Below, in pieces: positions 24,568-35,826 of a DNA stretch of 64,000 nt (the first letter of the stretch is position 1; the number at the start of each line of letters is the position of its first letter). The notes beneath the pieces were generated by a model. It ran no database searches and had not been told where the DNA came from. It saw only the letters and a list, made by a program, of their open reading frames with translations. Origin of the DNA: Cycas panzhihuaensis (Eukaryota > Plantae > Cycadophyta); NCBI GenBank assembly GCA_023213395.1, contig CM041465.1, positions 124,565,741 to 124,629,740 on the forward strand, given 5' to 3'. The position numbers and the translations under genes are program-made.

Positions 24568-26209
24568 AAGTTTTATCCTAGAATATTAAGGGCCTTAATA
24601 CCCCATCAAAGCAACATATGGTAAAGGATTTGAGGATTAGGATTGACGTGGACTTAGTCCTCTTGCAGGAGACAAAACTAGACCAGGCGAAGGAAAGAGA
24701 GGTCTTTAGCAAGATCTAGAGAAGGGGAGAAGGGAGGGCGGTAGCAGGTTCAATGGGCTCCGGAGGGTTAGCCTCCCTTTAGAACCCAAATAGGTAGAAA
24801 GGCCATGTTGTGGGCATGCATGAGCACTTCATAACCCTAGGGTTGGTTTGTGTTCGGTCTAATAAGGAGTTTTGGATCACCAATGTTTACGCACCCACAT
24901 CAGTGGTGGGTAAGAAGAGCTTATGGGAAAGACTGGTGGAGACCCATAAGGATTGGGATGGCCCCTGGCTGGTGGCGGGGGACTTCAATACGCCCTAAAG
25001 CCTGGAAGAAAAGACAGGGGGGCAAATTGGGTGGACCAGAAGCATGTCTGACCTTAGAGAGTTTTTGCAAGTGGGAGGCCTGATGGATGTTCCACTTAGG
25101 GGAGCTAGGTTTACCTGGCCCAATAGGTGGTGAGGTCAGAACCACATCCAATGCAGATTAGATAGGATGTTAACAAATTATTAGTGGTCATGCCACTTTG
25201 AAGGAACAAAGCTAGAGGCTCTGCCGAAGTCTGGCTCAGATCACTCTCCTCTAGTTCTTGAGGGGTCCATCCTGGGTAATCACAAAAGGGCCCCATTCTA
25301 GTTTGAACTAATATGGCAAAAACACCTAAACCTTAGGGGGAGGATTGGTGAGTGGTGGGGAGTTTCGGTTCACAGAAGTGCGATGTTCAGGTTCTCTAAG
25401 AAATTAAGTTGGATCAAAAAATAAATTAAGATATGGAACAAGGAGGTATTTGGAAACATTTTTGAAGATAAAGTGGCCTTGCTATTGGAGTTAAAAGGGG
25501 TTGAGGATAAGATCCAAATAGAGGGAAGGACCTAGGACTTGGATCATTCTGAACATCTCACCACCAAGCATTTGGAAGAAGTACTAGCTAGGGAGGAAAT
25601 TCTCTGGAAATAGAAATCCAGAGAGCAATGGATTAGGGAGGGGGACAGAAACACCAAGTTCTTCCATCTGTCCACCTTGAAGCACATGGCTCATAACAAG
25701 ATCAACAAACTTCGAAGTATGAATGGGATAATGCTTGAGTCAGAGGATTAGTTTGGTGATATTGCGATGGAATATTTTAAGGAGCTATATGCAGAACTTA
25801 GCTGCTAGGATCCTGACCTAAGGGCTGGTCTTATGCAACACATTCTAAAGGTGATAAATGAGGCTCTTAATAGCAAACTGATAGAACCTCTATCCCAGGA
25901 AGAAGTAGAGAACACCTTATTCAAAATGGGTAGGGATAAGGCCCCGAGTCTGGATGGGTTCCTACCCAGTTTTTTTCAAGAATACTGGGATATTATCAAG
26001 GAGGATCTAATATCAGCGTTAAATGAGTTCTTCCTCAGGTGGACTATTCTAAAGGAGTGGCATGCCACCTTTTTGGTCTTGATTCCGAAGAAGGAGGGTA
26101 CGGAAGCGATGGAAGATTTTAGACCAATTAGCCTTTGTAACGTAAAATACAGGATTTTGGCCAAGGTCTTAGTAAATCATCTTAAGGAGATCCTCCCAGA
26201 TATTATTTC
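24564..26209 (+). pseudogene. LINE2 ORF2 5' part (endonuclease and start of RT)
   Basis: MKVLS*NIKGL, QETK, NVYAP, GDFN, SDH and FRPISLCN; cut at ...PDIIS by element B. Confidence 0.92.
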
Positions 26210-26852
26210 TGTTAGGTATTGTGACAACAATTATAGGCCTAAAATTGTGGCATGTTTTCAGCGCAGTTTCCCCCCCTAATCTTTCTCGAGGGGTTCCAAG
26301 AGGGGCGGGAGCCCCCCTTGGCCGAGGATCTTGAGGGTGTGGGCAGCCCTGCTAGGAGGGGGTTCGGGGGTGATAGCCCCCGACCCAGAAAATTGACCAT
26401 GTAAACCTTATTAAAGTGTAAAGAGAATCAGGGTCGTACAATGAAAATATCCTAGATTCTACAGTTGAGATTTTAGGTCTTGGTTGTCCTCTCATGTAGC
26501 CCGTTTTAGGGCTTTTCTTATTATGTTGTAATATTATACAATATACAGTGAAGAGGGCAGCGGCTGATTGTTGTTCTAGAGAGCACTCTGTATATGTGAT
26601 GTACTATTTTCTCCATTCTGTAGTAATAAAGATTGCTACCTTTCCTATGTGGATGTTTCCCTAGCACACTGCTAGGGTTTTACCACGTTATATCAGGTGC
26701 ACATGTGATGTTTGGATTTCATTGTCTTGTTACTGTATAATCTCTGGTTTTAAGAACTTGCATGTAATTTGTATATTTCATTTTTGTAACTAGTTGTAAG
26801 AAAGTAATAGATCTTGGCAGCTGTTAGAGGGTTGGACCTTCTATTCTCAACA
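26210..26852 (+). repeat. 5' LTR of element B (643 bp)
   Basis: TGTTAG...TCAACA; colinear with 30893-31538. Confidence 0.97.
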
Positions 26853-26924
26853 AGTGGTATCAGAGCCACTCTTTTTCTTGCAGCGAGTTTGTGAAGGTTT
26901 TTGGTGTTAGCTTTTCTACACCAA

Positions 26925-29900
26925 ATGGCGAAACTGGTGAGTGCAAAGTTTGAGGTGGAGAAATTCAATGGCAAGAACAACTTCAAGTTGTGGAAGCTAA
27001 AAGCATACGATATTCTTGTATAGCAGGGTTTGTACAAAGCCCTTGCAAGAAAATCAAAGAAACCCATGAGAATGGATGATGATAAATGGGATGATTTAGA
27101 CGAAAAGGTACTTAGCACAATACGATTATGCTTGACAGATGAAGTTTTATTTAACATCATAGGGGAGTAGATAGTAGCAGGATTATTAACCCAGTTGGAA
27201 GGCCTGTATATGACCAAATCAATAACGAACTGAATCTACCTAAAGAGGTAACTGTACTCGTTACGGATGAAGAAAGGTACAAAGATTGCTGACAATTTAA
27301 ATATTTTCAATACTCTTATTTGTCAATTGATTAGTATTAATGTTAAAATTGAGGATGAAGATAAGGCAGTTACCCTATTATGCTCATTACCTAAATCCTG
27401 GGATAATATTATCACCTCAATCAATTTTAGCACTATAGATGAATTGGAATATGACTCTGTTGTGAGTGCTTTGCTAATGGAAGAAGTGTGGAGGATGTCT
27501 AGTCTTGAAACCTCCACATCAGAAGCCATGATAGTAAGGGGTAGAACATTTGAGAGAGGACAAAACTCCAGGGATACATCGAGATCCAAGTCAAAGAGAA
27601 AAAAGAGTAAGCTCAGGTGTTGGCATTGTAATAAGACCGGTCACCTCAAGAAGGATTGTTACAAGAGGAAGGAGTTCCAGAAAAAGGAAGATCCTGCCAA
27701 GGAGGCAAATCAGGTGGAGTCGAATGAAGGTGTGGATGATGATGTCTTGGTTGCTTATAATGTTTCTCATTATCACCATGACTAGTTATTAGATTCAGGT
27801 GCTTCGCACCACATGTGTCCACACAGGAGTTGGTTTTCATCATACCAACCTCTTGATGGTGGTGATGTGCTTATGGGAAATGAAGTTTCTTGTAAGACAG
27901 TGGGCATTGGTAGTGTCAGAATTAAGATGTTCAATGGGGTAGTCAGAACATTAACTGAGGTTAGACATGTACCTGATTTGAAAAGGAACCTGATTTCCTT
28001 GGGTGAATTAGATTCAAGTGGTTTTAAGCATACAGGTCATGAAGGAGTCCTAAAGGTATCAAAGGGTACCTTGGTTGTTATGAAAGCCTTAAAGAGAGGA
28101 AATCTTTATATTTTAGTGGGAAGTATGCGGATGTCACCAAGCGACTCTGTCAAAGATTGCAGAAGATCCTGCTCAACTATGGCATCAAAGACTTAGGCAC
28201 ATGAGTGAGAAAGGACTTAAGGTGCTGATAAACCGTAAGTTACTTTCTAACTTGCAGCTTTCAGATTTGGCTTTCTATAAACATTGTGTTTTTAGAAAAT
28301 AGTATAGACTCAAGTTTAAAGTAGGGAGTCACACTAGTAAAGGCGTTCTGGATTACACACATTCAGATGTATGGGGACTAGCCCCTAAAATATCTTGTGG
28401 AGGATCATTGTATTTTATCACATTTATAGATGATTACTCTAGGAAGGTATGGGTCTATTTTTTGAAAAGGAAATCTGAAGTTTTCAATGTGTTTAAGTAG
28501 TTCAAGGCTTTAGTTGAGAACAGTACTGGTAAGATAATTAAATATCTAAGAACTGACAATAGAGGTGAGTTCAACTCCTTGGAATTTGAGAACTATTGCA
28601 GAGAAGCTGGGATCGAAAGATACAAGACCACTAGCTATACTCCACAGTAGAATGGCATTGATGCAAATGAATAGGACACTCCTAGAAAGAGCAAGAAGCA
28701 TGCTAAGTAATGTAGGAGTGGAGCAGGGCTTGTGGGCAGAAGCTGTCCAAATATCTTGCTATTTAGTAAACAGGTCACCATCAGTTGTAATAGATTGTAA
28801 GATTCCTGAAGAGGTATGGACTGGACATCCATGTGATTAGTCAAATTTAAAAGTTTTTGGTTGTGATGCTTATGCCTAGACTGACAAAAGTAAACGTTCA
28901 AAGTTAGACCCAAAATCCAAGAGATATATCTTTGTTGGTTATGGTGATAAGGATGGTATGAAGGTATACAGGTTGTGGGATCCTACTGCCCACAAAATCA
29001 CCATTAACAGAGATGTCATATTTGATGAATCTCCCCTTGTAAAATCAGATAGTATAGAAGTTGAAATGAAATAGGAGCAACAAGATGAACATTAACAAGT
29101 TAAGTTTGAAATGCAACCATCTGTGGAATCAGAAGAGCATGAAGATCTTTCTAAAGATGAATCAGCAACAGATTCACAGGAGCATGAGGATACTCCTCTG
29201 CCAACAGTTAGAAGATCTACACGAGTCAGTCATCCACCTGACAGGTACAACCCTTCTATTTCTATTGCTTTAGTTTCTAATGATGGTGAGCCCACATGTT
29301 ATCGAGGCGATAGATGATATCCATAGAGAGAAGTGGATAAGGGCTATGCAGGAAGAGATAGATGCCTTGAAGAAAGATCATTCATGGGACTTGGTAGAAC
29401 TTCTACATGGTAGGAAGACTATTGGTTACAGGTGGGTTTTCAAAAAGAAAACAGATGTTGATGGAAAGGTTGATAAATACAGGGCATGACTGGTGCCAAA
29501 AGGCTTTACTCAGAAAGCAGGTATTGACTTTCATGAGATCTTTTCACCAGTTGTTAAACTTGTTTTAATTCGAGTGCTATTAGCATTGGTAGCTTCTCTC
29601 AATTTGGAGTTGGAGCAGTTAGATGTAAAAATAGCTTTTCTACATGGAGATTTAGATGAGGAGATATATATGGATCAACCAGAGGGGTTTGTACAAGATG
29701 GCAGGAAAAGACTTATTTATAGGCTCAGGAAATCATTGTATGGTCTGAAGCAATCACCTAGGCAGTGGTACAAGAAGTTTGATGCTTTCATGGAGAGCCA
29801 AAATTTTAAAAGAAGTGAGTATGATCATTGTGTTTACTTCAAATTTATGGACAATGGCTTATTCATTATCTTGGTGTTATATGTTGATGACATGTTGGTT

Positions 29901-30845
29901 GCAAGCAAGAGCATGGTAGAAATTAATAAGCTAAAGGCTCAATTGGCTAGGACTTTTAATATGAAGGATCTAGGAGCTGCAAAATAAGTCTTAGGCATGG
30001 AGATACACAGAGACAGGAAAAGTGGTAAGCTATGGTTATCACAGTAAAAATATGTGGAGAAGGTTCTAATCAGGTTTGGGATGGTAAATGTGAAACCAGT
30101 GAGTATCCCTTTAGTTTCCCACTTCAAGCTTTCATCTAATATGAGTCCTAGTAGTGAAGAAGAAAAGGCTTATATGTCTCGTGTGCCTTATGCCAGTGCA
30201 ATAGGAAGTTTAATGTATGCCATGGTATGTACAAGACCTAATATTTCACATGCAGTCAGTGTAGTTAGCAGGTTTATGGCAAAACCAGGAAAGGAGCATT
30301 GGGCTGCAGTGAAATGGGTGCTTCGGTATTTGAGAGGCACTAGTGATTACTCCATCACCTTTGGAGGTACAAAAAATCAGGTTTGTGGATATGTCGATTC
30401 AGATTTTACAGGAGATTTAAACAAAAGAAGGTCTACTTTAGGTTATGTTTTCACTCTTGCAAATGGTCCAGTTAGTTGGATGCCCAAATTACAGAGCACA
30501 ATTGGACTGTCAACCACAGAAGCTAAATATGTTGCTGCAGCACATGCTTGTAAAGAAGCAATCTGGTTACAGGGTCTATTGGTTGAGCTTGGAAGGAGAC
30601 AGGAAAATGTAAAGGTATTTTGTAACAGTCAAAGTGCTATTTACCTAGCCAAGAATCCAGCTTATCACAGTAGAACAAAGCATATTACTCTAAAGTACCA
30701 TTTTGTTAGACAGGTTGTGGAAGCAGGTGGAGTGGCACTTGAGAAGATTCACACTAATCAGAATTGTGCTGATATATTCACTAAACCAGTACCATTAGAG
30801 AAGTTCAAATGGTGTTTGACTTCTCTTGGCTTACAGAAAAGATGA
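26925..30845 (+). pseudogene. Copia gag-pol polyprotein of element B, disrupted by stops and frameshifts
   Basis: CWHCNKTGHLKKDC, LDSGASHHMC, integrase (MNRTLLERARSML), RT (QLDVK.AFLHG, LYGLKQSPRQW, YVDDML) and RNase H (ADIFTKP). Confidence 0.96.
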
Positions 30846-30892
30846 TGAAGGATCCAGGAAAGGTAGCAGGTAATTGTTGTCAAGGTGGAGAT

Positions 30893-31538
30893 TGTTGGGT
30901 ATTGTGACAACAATTATAGGCCTAAAATTATGTCCTGTTTTCAGTGCGATTTCCCCCCCTAATCTTTGTCGGGGGGGTTCCAAGGGGGGCGGGAGCCCCC
31001 CTTAGTCGGAGGGTGCGGGGGGGTGGAATGCCCCCCGCTAGGAGGGGGTTCGGGGGCAATAGCCCCTGACCTAGAAAATTGACCATGTAAACCTTATTAA
31101 AGTGTAAAGAAAATCAGGGTCGTATAATGAAAATACCCTAGATTCTACAGTTGAGATTTTAGGTCTTGGATGTCCTCTCATGTAGCCTGTTTTAGGGATT
31201 TTCTTATTATGTTGTAATGTTATGGAATGTATAGTGAAGAGGGCGGCGGATGATTGTTGTTCCAGAGAGTACTCTGTATCTATGATGTACTATTTTCTCC
31301 ATTCTGTAGCAATAAAGATCACTACCTTTCCTGTGTGGATGTTTCCCTGGCACATTGTTAGGGTTTTACCACGTTATATCGGGTGGACATGTGATGTTTG
31401 GCTTTCATTATCTTGTTACTATATAATCTCTGGTTTTAAGAACTTGCATGTAATTTGTATATTTCATTTCTGTAACTAGTTGTAAGAAAGTAATAGATCT
31501 TGGTGGCTGTTAGAGGGTTGGACCTTCTATTCTCAATA
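30893..31538 (+). repeat. 3' LTR of element B (646 bp)
   Basis: TGTTGG...TCAATA; colinear with 26210-26852. Confidence 0.97.
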
Positions 31539-31543
31539 ATTTC

Positions 31544-34110
31544 TCCAAATCAAGATGGATTTGTCAAGGGTAGACAAATCACGTATGGTATTATTACTGT
31601 CCATGAAACTCTACATTTGACTCTGCATCAGAAGGAAGCATGTATGATAATCAAAACAGATATGTCCAAGGCCTATGATAGGGTAACTTAGGACTGTCTA
31701 TTGGATTGCCTAGAGGCGTTTGGTTTTAGGGAGGTCTGGAGGGACTGGATGAAATGCTGTATATCTAGGGTTTCATTTTTGGTGATTATAAATGGATGGT
31801 CGATATCTTTCTTTTCTAGATCCAGGGGTTTAAGATAAGACGATCCCCTTTCTCCCTTCCTTTTTATCATCATGGTTGAATTGTTAAGGAGGGCCACAAT
31901 GGAATCCCAGAGGTTAGAATGGATAACTGGTCTGAAGGCAATGTCCAATTTGGATAATATTATTCATCACCAGTTTGTGGATGATAATATCTTTCTGTGC
32001 AAGGCTTCCTTGGATGAGGCTAGGGCCTTAAAAGTTGGGCTTCAGGCATATGAATGGGCTACAAATCAAAGAATAAACCTAGATAAAAGCTCTGTCTTCT
32101 TCATTAATACAACGGAAAGGCAGCAGAGATGGATCAGCAGGGCTCTAGAAATTTCTAGAAGACCCCTTCCAGCTTCATACTTGGGCATGCCCCTTTTTGT
32201 GGGGCAGATGCGGAAGAACTTGTGGGACCCCGTAGTGAGTAGATTCAATAGGAAGCTGGTGATATGGAAAGGGGCTCTCCTTAGCTAGGCTGGGAAAATC
32301 TAGCTAGTGGTGGCCTCTCTTCAGAGCATTCCAGTTTACCAAATGTCTGTTTTCAAGATGCCGGGCATGGTTATTTCTACATTAGAGGGCATTATGAAGA
32401 GATTTCTTTGGTCTAGGGCCCAGGATAAAAAATGATTTTATTTAGTGTCATGGGAGAAGGTTTATAAGCCTAAGCGGGCTAGAGGCCTAAATGTTAGAAG
32501 ATTAGGCCTTTTTAATGCTGCTCTTTTGGCCAAGTTGGTGTGGAGACTTTCCAAAGAAACTAACTCAGTCTGGGGGAGTATTATGTCAAGGAAATACCTA
32601 AGGAATAAACATTTCCTGATGGAGGACGAGTCTTGCCTCGAGGATTCCCCTATTTGGAGAGCTATTCGTTCTTTCCAAACCTTTCTGCGGGATAAAATGT
32701 GATGGAAATTGGGGGATGGGAAAAGCATAAGGTTTTGGGAAGATAAATGGTGTGGTCCATATAAATTAGAGGAGTTGCCAAATATGGACAACATGAAGGT
32801 TGTATGCGAGAACAACTTTGGGTCTCTTATCAAGCATCACTCGGTGGGACAAGATAAGGATAGGCAATGGAGATCTTTTGAGGACTTACAAGGCTTAGAG
32901 GAGGAATGTCAGAAAGTGAAGGGGATTCTAGATAATCAGTACATTCCGAAGTGGATTTCTCCTGGCACCCTGGTCTAGCCCCTCTTGTCAAAGGGATCTT
33001 ATACGGTCAAGGATGGGTATAATCTATTGATGAATAGGGAGGGATGGGCTAAGAATGACCTGTTGGCTGGGGTTTGGAAGTTGGGGCTCCTTCTGAAGAT
33101 AACTGTTTTTTGGTGGTTATGCCTTCAAAATAAAATCCTCACAATGGATAATCTTATGAAGCAGGGTATCCAGGTGGTGAATAGGTGTGTTCTATGTAAG
33201 GTAGATGTAGAGAACCTGGATCACCTTGGTATTCACTACCCCTATTCTAAAGGTATCAGGGATGAAATCTGGTCCAAGATGGGTGTAGTTTAGGTCTCAT
33301 AAAAAACCTTAAAAGACTAGTGGATTACTTGGGATTCTCCTTTCAAGAGTAAATCACTCGCTAATATCTAGAAGATGATTATCCTGGTAGGTATTTGGAA
33401 TATCTGGAAAGAACGTAACAGGAGAATTTTTGAAGGAAAGGAGATGGATTGGGGGATGCTGGTAGCCAAGATCAGGAAGGGTATTTCATAAATGATGGTC
33501 CCTCCAAAGGAAGATAGGATCCGCGAAGGGGAAGTAGGTATTTTGGAGGATTAGGGAATAGGCATTCTGAAGCACGGTAGGGTGGGAAGGAGAGCAATTA
33601 AATGGATCCCCCCTGATATCAACTGGGAAAAAAATTAACTTTGATGGTGTTTCCAAAGGTAATCCAGGAGAGGCGGGAGGGGGAGGCCTCTGTAGGGATC
33701 ATATGGGGAATCTGAATTAGGCCTTCACGGAATACCTAGGTAGCTAAACAAACCAAAAAGCAGAGGTGCGGGCCATGCAAAAAGCGATAGCTCTAATGGA
33801 CGAGGAGGGTGCTCAGAAGGTTTCCATTGAAGGCGATTCTATATATGTGATAAGGTGTTTAAAGGGGGAAGTGGATCTAGGTTGGAATAACATAGATATT
33901 TTTAGAGATGTCTAAGAGGTCCTAAGTTCTAAAATGGGTGTAAAGATTTAACACACCTACATGGAAGGGAATTCGGTGGCAGACTGGCTGGCAAATTGGG
34001 CAGTAACAAATAAAAGAATAATGGTCTAGAAGGAGGACTACACGGAAGAGCTGCTGAGACTGGTAAGGATTGATGCACATAGTGGGGAGGCTGACAGGAG
34101 AGGCTGAGAG
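31544..34110 (+). pseudogene. LINE2 ORF2 3' part (RT, zf-RVT, RNase H)
   Basis: Resumes at PNQDGFVKGRQI. Contains KAYDRV, QFVDD, CVLC, NFDGVSKGNPGEAGGGG, EGDS and EGNSVADWLA. Confidence 0.92.
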
Positions 34111-35826
34111 GATTCATCATAACATGGGCTAGACCATGGGCTTATCATGGTCATTTTTCATGAGCTGTTGGGCTTTGATGTACAAGGTTTGGGGACCTAG
34201 TTAAAACCCCTTCAATATTATTTTACCATATAAAAAAAAAAGCTAGGGCATAGTATTGCATCACTGCTTGGGAATTAGGGGCATAAACACCATTTCCTAT
34301 GAGGTTTGTAAAGGAAAACGTACTGCAAGGGATGAGACATCATCATGGGGACAGAATTTAAAGAGAAATACACTTCATCCATTATTGAATTATTACTATG
34401 AATAGCTCAAAGGGGCTGAAACACTATTTTAAAATGGAAAGGCATGACATATTAATTATAATATAATAAATTCAGAGGAAAGACATTGAAATCTTTCATG
34501 GTGAATATAGTCAAAGGACACAGAGCCATGTTATATGTAAAATCGGTTGTCTGAGAGATGGAGGATAGAGACATAACCGAAGAGAGACATAGAGATGCTG
34601 AGCAAATTAAAATTTAAAGCAAAGTAGCCCTCATGCATTTGGCATCTGAATAAAAGTTGAAGTTCCTCTCAATATAAAGATGTCAGCCTATTAGCTGCAT
34701 ACAAAGAGAAGCCCACAGAGACATCCTTGAAGACCTGCACATATACTTCACAAGAACCTCATTAAGAGACAAAGGATATAACCCCAAGATGGAGATCGAT
34801 CAATGCTTACCGCCCATACAAGTCTTGTGTTTCCTGTAAACATTTCTTCACTCTTTCAAACCCTAATTTTTTATGATAGTAATCTATTCAATCGAGTTGA
34901 GTTAATTGTTATACATTTTATTTGGGGTCCACTAAGGCATGCAAAGGCAAAAATCCCATCAATTTTATTTTTGTAAACTTAAAAATAAATTTAACTATAT
35001 TTAATAAAATTTTTGGGTTTACCATTTATTAGCCCCTTTTCCTGCCAGCCCATCGGTCACGTCAGCCTCCCATATGATCTCAGTCTAAACCTGAAAGGGG
35101 CTTAATCCCTATTTCAACTTTTTTTTTTCTTATTTTACAAAAAGAGGGTACCTGTGACTTTTTATTAATAACTTTATTATACAGAGTCCAAATTCAATTA
35201 TAAAAGAAGTATCAGATTCTTGATTCAGACACAGATGTTCTTACTAGTCACTTAAGTCAATTAGATGCCATTTCAATCTATAAAATCTCATCCAAAGTCA
35301 AGCTTTCTATCATGACTAGATAAGTTAAGGTAATTATTTCATTTACAAATTTTCTTTATAATATTTTAAATTTATTACTTTAATTTAATGAACATCAAAT
35401 TATTTAACAAATATATTGTGTAACTATATTTTTTATACATTTTAAAATTATTTTACATAGTTTATTAATACTCAATTAAAATCATTATTTTATCAACTAT
35501 TTGATATAAATCATCATATAAACATGCAACTATTTATATGTATGATTTAATTTCTCTAATATTTAATTAAAATTCATATCTCTTGATCAATGGAAATCAA
35601 TATTTAAATATTAATAGGTTTATTTTTATGTATTACTTGTAAAATTTAAATAATATACTTACTTTCATACATGAACATTTATTTGCAAATAAATAAATGA
35701 TTAATTTCATTTAATTGAATTCAAAGGTTGTGATTATTTTATTTTTCACTCAATCTTGTTGTTTTCCTTTGATTTCCTTCTTTTTTTCCATCAAGAGGAT
35801 CTCTAGTCATAGGTTTCCTATCTATA

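Larger units (their letters stand above)
26210..31538 (+). mobile_element. Ty1/copia LTR retrotransposon 'B' (Tork/Tnt1-like), full-length, inserted in the LINE2 RT
   Basis: LTRs 26210-26852 and 30893-31538. Perfect TSD ATTTC (26205-26209 / 31539-31543). PBS TGGTATCAGAGCC at 26855-26867; PPT AAGGTGGAGA at 30882-30891. Gag starts MAKLVSAKFEVEKFNGKNNF. Confidence 0.97.
22477..34241 (+). mobile_element. Full-length L1-clade LINE 'LINE2' (same family as LINE1), interrupted by copia B
   Basis: 5' UTR, ORF1, ORF2 and 3' UTR are all homologous to LINE1. A10 tail at 34232-34241. Probable TSD AAGATAGGGC (22467-22476) / AAGCTAGGGC (34240-34249), 9/10 match. Confidence 0.93.
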
